From assembly GCA_036676355.1 (NCBI GenBank), contig JAKFDA010000072.1:77705-141704 (forward strand): a stretch of 64,000 nucleotides of DNA, written 5' to 3'. A model generated the notes under the pieces. It was not told the origin of the DNA. It made no database searches and was given only the letters and a program-made list of their open reading frames with translations. This stretch comes from Nitrosomonadales bacterium. GTDB lineage: Bacteria; Pseudomonadota; Gammaproteobacteria; Burkholderiales; SG8-39. Positions 46,802 through 53,861 of the stretch are shown piece after piece. Numbering within the stretch: the first letter of the stretch is position 1; each line of letters begins with the position of its first letter. The position numbers were made by a program, and so were the translations under genes.

Positions 46802-46834
46802 GACATTCTCGCAAGCGGCCGGTGAAGTCGAACC

Positions 46835-47230
46835 TCATTCTAACAACCGGTCAGTCTGGCGGGCGTAGCTGACCGTAAGCATCTCCCACTGATGCCCGTC
46901 GGGCTCGTTCCAGTAGACATTGCCGAATTGGGCATTGACCTGCATGTCCACGGGTCCGTGCACCGCGCTGCGATACGCGATCCCGGCTGCTTTGATGCGC
47001 GCGAGAATGGCATCGAACGTTTCCCGGCTGACGCGGAAACAATAGTGATGGACAGGAAAGGGCTCCTGCGTTTCGACGAAGTCGAGCGTCAAATCGTCGT
47101 TGAGGTAGACAGGCGCAAAGGGGCCCATGCCGGTCTCCGCCCATGCAACACCGAGCAGTTCCGCCAGGCATTTTGCCGATGCAACCTTGTCGTGTGTCGG
47201 CACGATGAAGTGATCGAGATATATGGCCAT
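46835..47230 (-). CDS. VOC (glyoxalase/bleomycin-resistance/dioxygenase) family protein
   Basis: 131 aa from the ATG at 47230. Segments LDHFIVPTHD...HHYCFRV...FDAILARIKAAGI...DPDGHQWE are typical. Confidence 0.75.
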   Translation of the reverse strand: MAIYLDHFIVPTHDKVASAKCLAELLGVAWAETGMGPFAPVYLNDDLTLDFVETQEPFPVHHYCFRVSRETFDAILARIKAAGIAYRSAVHGPVDMQVNAQFGNVYWNEPDGHQWEMLTVSYARQTDRLLE

Positions 47231-47307
47231 CGCCGGCCTCCCGGTTCGCGTTCGGTGTCGATGCTCTACACGAGCAACTCCGCTGGAACGGCAGCGGTAC
47301 AACGACG

Positions 47308-48825
47308 TTATGGCGCGCCACCGGAGGCTCGAGCCAAATGTGCTCGCAGGGCGCGAAGGATTGTCTCCCTCTCCGCGTCGTCTTCCTCGGCGCTCGTCAG
47401 GACGCGTGCTGCGTCGGCCTTCACCATCGCCGCGGCCAGGTAGGAAACGCTATAAGCGCCTGCGATACCACCATCGAGCGAGTAGTCGACGAGAATGCTT
47501 CCATAACCGGGGTTGTGGCCACTCGAAGCGACCATCATGGCGCCTCTGCTTTGATAGCTGCCCTCCACCCGGATACCCATGAGCCAGGATTTCCATAACG
47601 TTTCCGAAAGAGGAAAGTTCGCCACCAGCAATGCAAGGCTGCCGAATAGCAGCAGCGCGAATGAAGTCCACCAATGATCGAGTATCGGCTCGTGCGCAGC
47701 ACGCCACAGCATCACATAACCGATCGCCCCTGTAAGAATGCCGAGGACCCCGAACATCACGGCGAAATTGCGAACCGGCTTCGATGAACCGACCTGCTGC
47801 AGGACGGCGCCGTACTCTCCGGCCGCCAGCGCCACGAAAGTGCCGCCGGACGTGCTCCTTTGTTCATCGAGGCTTACGGCCAGGTCACCGACTTTTGAAT
47901 AGATCCCGAACGGTTTCGTCTGCGCGAGGATGCTTTTGAACGCATCCATGATGCTCTGAGGGTGGACGGCCGCCGAGTCGCTCAGTTGAATGCGCGAGCG
48001 CTCCAACTGTGCATCCGGCCCATCGGAGCGAAGCCAGGCGAGAACCAGGATTCCTCCTGCTATGACCACCGTTCCCACGACCGCGATCGTGCTCCACGGC
48101 TGAAGCGACGGCGCCAAGGCGACTTCCATTCCCAGAAAGTGCGTGACAAAAGCCATTAATGCGATGCCGGCAAGCAGAGCGCCAATCGTGTTGATGATGC
48201 GACCGGTGGAGAGCTTGCGCCCCCAATCCGCGGCGCTATAAATGTTCTTCAGCATTGCCAGCCAGTAGGCATATACCAGCAGGACGATTCCCGCAAATAG
48301 CCATGACAGCACCGCATCGGCCACTTCCGGGCGGCCGCCTGCCGCGCCGAAAACGCGAAGCAGCGGAACGAGGACCAGGACTATCGCTCCGAATGCGATG
48401 GCGGTAAGCGCGACCTCAACCACGCGCTGATAAGGCGCAGGCAGTCGAAAGAAGCGGTCGCTGGCGCGAGCCGCCCATCTTCCGACCCAACTGAGATATT
48501 TGTCGTTAGGCGAAACGCCGGAGAGCATCAGCGCCTCGATTTCGTCGGGTGCGTACGTTGCGCCGATTCCCCTGGGCTCCAGCGAGCGCGCGGGCAGGCG
48601 CAGGCCGGTGCGAAACGCCAAGGATCCATCCAGTATTGCGAACGCCAGCAAAACCAATGCGGCGAGGAATGCGATCGAACTCGAACCGGCGAACCCGTTC
48701 ATGATTCCCGCAGCCGATTCGAGCAATATCGATATCGCTAGAATGGCTGCTACGGCCGCTCTGATAGCCATGGGAATCGACAAAGGCTTCAGCGGATTTC
48801 TTTCGAGTTCAGTCTTTGTCGCCAT
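47308..48825 (-). CDS. Uncharacterised polytopic (about 8 TM) membrane protein, last gene of the GT2-HlyD operon
   Basis: ATG at 48825 lies 6 nt after GAGGTG; the TTG at 48897 is an alternative. TM pairs are separated by soluble loops of about 70 aa and about 110 aa, followed by a soluble tail of about 110 aa. I recognise no family. By spot counts GC is visibly lower than in flanking genes. Confidence 0.5.
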   Translation of the reverse strand: MATKTELERNPLKPLSIPMAIRAAVAAILAISILLESAAGIMNGFAGSSSIAFLAALVLLAFAILDGSLAFRTGLRLPARSLEPRGIGATYAPDEIEALMLSGVSPNDKYLSWVGRWAARASDRFFRLPAPYQRVVEVALTAIAFGAIVLVLVPLLRVFGAAGGRPEVADAVLSWLFAGIVLLVYAYWLAMLKNIYSAADWGRKLSTGRIINTIGALLAGIALMAFVTHFLGMEVALAPSLQPWSTIAVVGTVVIAGGILVLAWLRSDGPDAQLERSRIQLSDSAAVHPQSIMDAFKSILAQTKPFGIYSKVGDLAVSLDEQRSTSGGTFVALAAGEYGAVLQQVGSSKPVRNFAVMFGVLGILTGAIGYVMLWRAAHEPILDHWWTSFALLLFGSLALLVANFPLSETLWKSWLMGIRVEGSYQSRGAMMVASSGHNPGYGSILVDYSLDGGIAGAYSVSYLAAAMVKADAARVLTSAEEDDAERETILRALRAHLARASGGAP

Positions 48826-48901
48826 GAGCTTCACCTCGCTCAGTACCGATTCATGGTGCCGTAAAAACGTTTGCGCGCAATGGCTCGTGTCTTTCAACGT
48901 C

Positions 48902-49804
48902 TCATACGGCCTCCGGCCGCAGCAGCTTGCTCAAGCTGTGGTAGTTCTCGAAAATCAAACCCCGGCATAAGGATTCCGCTTTGAGGTCTTGCCACAGGTT
49001 CTGCATGTGCGCCTCGAAGGCCGGAGGCTGCAGGCCGTGATACGAAACGCCGGGTTCCTTGGGCGGATTGCTGAGCACGCCCATGCGCCAGGGCAGCTTC
49101 AGAGTCTGCAGGCGTGCGACCGCTGCATCGGCCGCCTCAAGCTGGCGCCGCGGCGTGTCGCGATACGCCATCAGCGACACTTCCTGTACGTGCGGCACGA
49201 TACGGCCGAGGAAGTCTTCACCCCCGGCGAGTTCCTGCAAGGCGTATTTCGGATTCAGCGCGAGTTGCAGGCTCATCTTCGGCGGCATCGCTTCCCGTGC
49301 CCGCCGAGCGAGGTCGGCAACGCCCTGCATCAAGGTGGCCCGCCCGCCGGGTTGACGCCAAAGGGAGAGCGAGTGGGGCTCGACGTCGAGATGCAGACCG
49401 TCGAATACGAGATGACGCCGCTGTAATTCCAATAGCTCCGCAATGGTGCGGGGTAACCGGGTTTGCTCGGCCCACTGCGGCTCGCCGGCAAGGGCGAAGC
49501 ATGCGCATTCCTGCGACTTCAGATCGCGCAGAGTGCGCAGCGCTGGCGTAGCCGGATCGAGCAGTTCCGCGCGGGCCGGCTTGCGGAAATGAATCATCAG
49601 CGCACTGAAGCGATAGTCGAGCGCGAAGCGCGACAGCGCCGGGAGTTCGTCGAGCGACTTGAGCCACACCCACACCGCCTTCGGCAAGGTGAGAAATTGT
49701 TCGCCTTGCGCGAAGGTTATGGACGGCCACATGCCGACGCATAGTCCGGCAACCGCGCCTTTGAGCAGGAGGCGCCGGACGCGGCGCGCTTCATCCAGAC
49801 TCAT
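48902..49804 (-). CDS. Tat-signal periplasmic protein, possible (beta/alpha)8-barrel glycan-processing enzyme
   Basis: The N-terminus ARRVRRLLLKGAVAGLCVGMWPSITFAQG has a twin-Arg motif, an h-region and AxA-like TFA-QG. About eight hydrophobic beta-like segments alternate with helical stretches. The DVEP motif follows segment 4. The fold and function are inferred only. Confidence 0.45.
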   Translation of the reverse strand: MSLDEARRVRRLLLKGAVAGLCVGMWPSITFAQGEQFLTLPKAVWVWLKSLDELPALSRFALDYRFSALMIHFRKPARAELLDPATPALRTLRDLKSQECACFALAGEPQWAEQTRLPRTIAELLELQRRHLVFDGLHLDVEPHSLSLWRQPGGRATLMQGVADLARRAREAMPPKMSLQLALNPKYALQELAGGEDFLGRIVPHVQEVSLMAYRDTPRRQLEAADAAVARLQTLKLPWRMGVLSNPPKEPGVSYHGLQPPAFEAHMQNLWQDLKAESLCRGLIFENYHSLSKLLRPEAV

Positions 49805-50836
49805 TCATCCTCTGAGCGAGCGCAGCAGCAGCGCCACCGGGCTCAAATCCCACGCCACTTCAACGGTGGTGAACAACGGCGGCAGATCCTGCCCCGGATC
49901 GATTGCGATGCGGACCAATTGCTCGCGCTGCGTGCTCTCGAACGCCTTCTGGAATTCCTGCGGCAGTTGCGAAGCGACCGGCAGCAGCGCCTCGACCTTG
50001 CCGGTCAACACCTGGAAACCGGTGCGCACCTGTACCGCATCGCCGGGCTTGACGGTGTAAAGCGTACCGGTCGGCACATACGCCAGGACATAACTTTCGC
50101 CGTGGTAGATGCGCATGATCGGCTCGCCCGGTCGCACCACGGCGCCCGGCTGCACGCGTACTTCGGATGCGGTGCCGTCCACCGGCGAGGTCAGGATGCC
50201 GCCGGCGTAGGCGGTGCGCAGATCGTCGAGGCTCGCCTGTGCACGTTGCACGCTGCGTTCCAGTTCCGGCACTTGCGCTGCGATGACTTTCGCTTCAAGT
50301 TCCAGTTCGCGCAAATCGGCGACGCTGTCGTAAGCGTCGTGTACCACGCGCGCGCGCTGCATGATGGTGATCATGCCCGCTTCCTTGAATTTCTCCACCC
50401 TGCGCCACTCTTCTTCGGAGACAGCCGCGCGTCGCCGCGCATCGGGCAGCATCGCGTCGATGCGTCCGCTTTTGAGTTTCATCTCGCCCAATGCCACCTG
50501 ATATCGAACCAGCTCGGTGGTCATTTTTGCCATCGAGTCGGCCATTTCCTGCGACGAGAGTCGCGCGACGGTGCTTCCGCGCGTGACGGGCGAACCCTCC
50601 GAAACATCGAGCGAAACGATGCGCGCGGTATGTTCGGAGGCCACTGCGGCCGCTTCGCGCGTCACCATCCCTTCGGCCTTCAGATAAAGCAGGCTGCCGG
50701 CGGTCAGATCGATCGCCCACGCGCCGAGCCCGAGCAGCAGACCGATGTAGATGTATTTGCCGAAGCGCCCGCGTTTGCGCACACGCGGTTCGGTACGCAG
50801 GGCATCCACACGCTGGGGTTTACGGATGTATTTCAT
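49805..50836 (-). CDS. HlyD-family membrane fusion / periplasmic adaptor protein
   Basis: It has an N-terminal TM (YIYIGLLLGLGAWAI), a lipoyl-like motif ...VSLDVSEGSPVTRGSTVARL, a long coiled coil, ...ILTSPVDGTASEVRVQPGAVVRPGEPIMRI and a beta-barrel domain. Confidence 0.8.
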   Translation of the reverse strand: MKYIRKPQRVDALRTEPRVRKRGRFGKYIYIGLLLGLGAWAIDLTAGSLLYLKAEGMVTREAAAVASEHTARIVSLDVSEGSPVTRGSTVARLSSQEMADSMAKMTTELVRYQVALGEMKLKSGRIDAMLPDARRRAAVSEEEWRRVEKFKEAGMITIMQRARVVHDAYDSVADLRELELEAKVIAAQVPELERSVQRAQASLDDLRTAYAGGILTSPVDGTASEVRVQPGAVVRPGEPIMRIYHGESYVLAYVPTGTLYTVKPGDAVQVRTGFQVLTGKVEALLPVASQLPQEFQKAFESTQREQLVRIAIDPGQDLPPLFTTVEVAWDLSPVALLLRSLRG

Positions 50837-50851
50837 GGCACAGTCTTCCTG

Positions 50852-52114
50852 TCAGAACTGGTCTTGCGCGTTGTGGACCTTGAGCGGGTAATAGTCGTCG
50901 CGATAGGAGCGGCGCAGCACCAGCTCGCTCACGTAAGCGATCAGACGGTTGAGGCGCTGGTAATAGCCGACGTAGAACGTCTGCGCCGGCAGATAGGGAA
51001 CCAGGCCGAGCATGCCGGGTCGGCCATGAAACATCCACGCGACGCCGAACTCGATGCACTTGAACACGAAGTTGATCGCGTACAGCGACAGCATGATGAT
51101 CAGCGCGAAACGCCCGTAATGCGTCACCGCCCAGATCAGATAAATAACGAAGCTGAAGGTGAGGAAGACGTTGAACCAGAGCAGATTCAGAATCGCGAAC
51201 ATGTCGTCGAAAGAGAAATTGTCCGGCAGAGGGTTGAACACCACCCGCCATTTGCGCAGCCGGTGACGGATCAGGCTGCGACTCCAGCGCATGCGCTGTC
51301 GCCACAGCGCTTCGTGCGTCGCCGGCACTTTGGTCAAGGCCCAGGCTTCCGGCACGAAAACCACTTTCCATCCGGCGCGGCGCACCTTGACGGTGATGTT
51401 CGAATCGTCACCCGGACCGACATCCCAGCGGCCGACCTGATCGATGGCTTGACGCCGGAACGCACCGAACGCGCCCGAAACGATCATCAGCCAGTTCATC
51501 ATCGAGGTGAACTGGCGGCCCACGGTGATGTTGCTGTAGTACTCGATCGCCTGCATGCGCGTCAGCAGCGACTCTTCCAGATTGCGCACCTGAAGGTTGC
51601 CGCTGACTGCCCCGATGCGCGGGTCGGCGACCAGCGGGGAAACGAGTTGCGACACAGCATCGCGGTCGAACGATGTATCGATGTCGAGGACCAGAATGAT
51701 GTCGTGCTTGCAGTAATGCAGCGCGAGGTTCAGTCCGGAGACTTTCCCGCCGCGCGTGCCGCAACGGAACACGTTGTCGACCATCCCGTGCTGCAGCAGT
51801 GCGACGGCGGCTTCACCCATGCCGTCGGTCGAGCCGTCGTCCACGACGATCAGTTGCAGATTAGTGTGCGTCTGTTCGCGCAGCGACATCACCGAACGGC
51901 GCAGCCCGTCCGCTTCATTGAAACCGATCAGCAGCACGCTGACCGGCACGTTTGGATCAGCTTTGGGATATTTCCTACCGAAGGCCGCATGAAAACCGAC
52001 CGCAAAAGTCGACAGGCAATAGCGCGGCATTTCGAACAGCCAGAAAAACCAGAACACAGTCAGTACGCCCGCCATGTCGAGCGAACGCATGAAGTTGATC
52101 GATTCCTGCAGCAT
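50852..52114 (-). CDS. Membrane-embedded processive family-2 glycosyltransferase (polysaccharide synthase; PgaC/NodC/HAS/BcsA clan)
   Basis: 420 aa. Motifs VVDDGSTD, LDIDTS, GAFGAFRR, GDDSN and QRMRW (QxxRW) are present. TM helices flank the catalytic domain, 2 N-terminal and about 3-4 C-terminal. There is no PilZ domain. Confidence 0.85.
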   Translation of the reverse strand: MLQESINFMRSLDMAGVLTVFWFFWLFEMPRYCLSTFAVGFHAAFGRKYPKADPNVPVSVLLIGFNEADGLRRSVMSLREQTHTNLQLIVVDDGSTDGMGEAAVALLQHGMVDNVFRCGTRGGKVSGLNLALHYCKHDIILVLDIDTSFDRDAVSQLVSPLVADPRIGAVSGNLQVRNLEESLLTRMQAIEYYSNITVGRQFTSMMNWLMIVSGAFGAFRRQAIDQVGRWDVGPGDDSNITVKVRRAGWKVVFVPEAWALTKVPATHEALWRQRMRWSRSLIRHRLRKWRVVFNPLPDNFSFDDMFAILNLLWFNVFLTFSFVIYLIWAVTHYGRFALIIMLSLYAINFVFKCIEFGVAWMFHGRPGMLGLVPYLPAQTFYVGYYQRLNRLIAYVSELVLRRSYRDDYYPLKVHNAQDQF

Positions 52115-52120
52115 GCGAAT

Positions 52121-53476
52121 CTACTTGCTCAGTTGTTCGATGAGCAGAGGCACCTGTTCTTCGTTGAGTCGTGCCGCCAGTTGCACCCGCCGGCCCAGCG
52201 CTTCGGCCGCACGCAACTGCAAGCGTTCGATAAGCACATCGCATTTGTCGTTGGAGGTCTCCGGTAGCAACAGCAGGAGTCGCCGATCGACTGCGGCGAA
52301 AAAATCCGTCTCGCGCACCGTCTCGCGCACGAGGTCAATCATCAGGCTCTGAATTTGCGCGGCGCCCGCCCTGCCGAATTCGGCAATCGCATCGGCCGTC
52401 GCAGCGGTATCGAGCTGCAGCAACGAGTAGGGTCGACGGTAGCGCGTGCTCAGCCGATGGCTCATGTCGAGCGACAGGGCGAAGTCGCGCGGGGTGCGCC
52501 ATCCCGGCATGCCGTTGAGAAAATTTTCGAGATTGATGCCGGGCAGCCGGCCTTCCATCACCGCCGAATGCGCGACCTCGGTCGGGCTGTAGCTGAACCA
52601 GTCCATGGTCTGCGCATCGATCCCCCGCGTGGTAGCGTGGCAGTCGGCGCAGCGAAAACGTACCTCCGGCTCAGGCGAGGTCTTATGACAGTCGAGACAG
52701 AAGCAGACCGGGCCGGGCGCGTCGTAATCCACGCCGAAGTGGCGCAGCGTGCGGTTGCACTTCGGGCACACCAGTTCGTCGCCCCGCAGGAATTGCGGCT
52801 TCGGCGCTTGTTCGCCGCAGCGATAGTGGTGAATCAATGTCTGCTGTTCGAGATGCGCCGAGCCGCAGGCAGGGCACACATCGCGCGCCAGCATGCGGCT
52901 GCCGTTACAATCGTCGCACAGATAAGTACGATCGCTGAAATCGCGCTTGAGCAATTTTGCGGCCGCGAGCGTTTCCACGATCGAACGCTGATCGGCAATG
53001 CCGGCGAGCAACGGATAGTCGAACATCGACGGCCGATCCGCGTTCAGGCGCGGCGCGATATCGCACTCCCGGGTGATCGACAGGGCGAGCACCGTCAGGC
53101 CGACGCGATCATCATTGTTGGGAATGGCGGCGAGTGCGGCGCATTTTTCCCGCAACGACATGGCGGTCTCGATGCCGCGTGCAAGACTGTCCGGCCCGGC
53201 GGTTGGCGCGACAAAATCGGCGCGCGCCGACTGTGCGCCGCTTAAATCGATCACGGCGGCGAGCAGATTCCCGCCATGCGCCATGCGCGCGTAAACGCTG
53301 TTCGCATCCGAGCCGGGCAGAAGAATGACTGCATCCACCGAGGCGGACTCGTCCAGCTCAACGAGCGAAACGGCATGGCGTTTAAGCGCTTCACTGAAGA
53401 AGGGCGACAGCGTGCCCGCCAGGGCAATGCGCAAGACTCGCGCGTGTTGCGTTGAAACCTGGGGCGCCGACGCCAT
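52121..53476 (-). CDS. Multi-zinc-ribbon protein with C-terminal degenerate GGDEF domain retaining the RxxD I-site (putative c-di-GMP receptor)
   Basis: ATG at 53476 lies 7 nt after GAGGAG. Five CxxC pairs are present (CDDC, CPAC, CPKC, CLDC, CADC). The C-terminus aligns without gaps to the remembered PleD GGDEF core, with GGEEF->DRRLL while RETD is conserved 5 residues upstream. Confidence 0.6.
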   Translation of the reverse strand: MASAPQVSTQHARVLRIALAGTLSPFFSEALKRHAVSLVELDESASVDAVILLPGSDANSVYARMAHGGNLLAAVIDLSGAQSARADFVAPTAGPDSLARGIETAMSLREKCAALAAIPNNDDRVGLTVLALSITRECDIAPRLNADRPSMFDYPLLAGIADQRSIVETLAAAKLLKRDFSDRTYLCDDCNGSRMLARDVCPACGSAHLEQQTLIHHYRCGEQAPKPQFLRGDELVCPKCNRTLRHFGVDYDAPGPVCFCLDCHKTSPEPEVRFRCADCHATTRGIDAQTMDWFSYSPTEVAHSAVMEGRLPGINLENFLNGMPGWRTPRDFALSLDMSHRLSTRYRRPYSLLQLDTAATADAIAEFGRAGAAQIQSLMIDLVRETVRETDFFAAVDRRLLLLLPETSNDKCDVLIERLQLRAAEALGRRVQLAARLNEEQVPLLIEQLSK

Positions 53477-53861
53477 ACTGCTACTCCTCAACGCGAATCG
53501 TTGGCGGTGCGTTTTTTAACGCTGACTGGCATTTGTGCAAGCTTTGCGCCGAGGGGAGAAGCTATTGATTTACCATGCGATCCGGGCCCGTTCGGAGACT
53601 CGCTGTAAGGTATGGCGACGCCCTCGTGTATGCGTCGAGGACGAAACGGCGTTTGTCAGCAGCCGGCCACGGGCGCGCTTACTTAGTTGCCAAACGTGAG
53701 GAATCGCGGACTCGTTGGTTCGACGGGTTCACCATACAAACGTTTTCGCGACAGACTTAGTCGGATCTCCCCTCGATCGGTACATCGTTTCGCCAAGTAC
53801 AAACCGTTGAGGCACGAACAGGACAAGGCTACCCGCAGGCTGCTTGCGATGGATCGTCCGG

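Noticed and set aside
53690-53740. GGTTCGA...CACCA string resembling a tRNA T-loop/3' end in the 370-nt spacer upstream of the synthase operon.
   Set aside because: I could not fold a T-stem, acceptor stem or anticodon arm around it by hand. It is probably chance, or at most a decayed fragment. tRNAscan-SE or Infernal would settle it.
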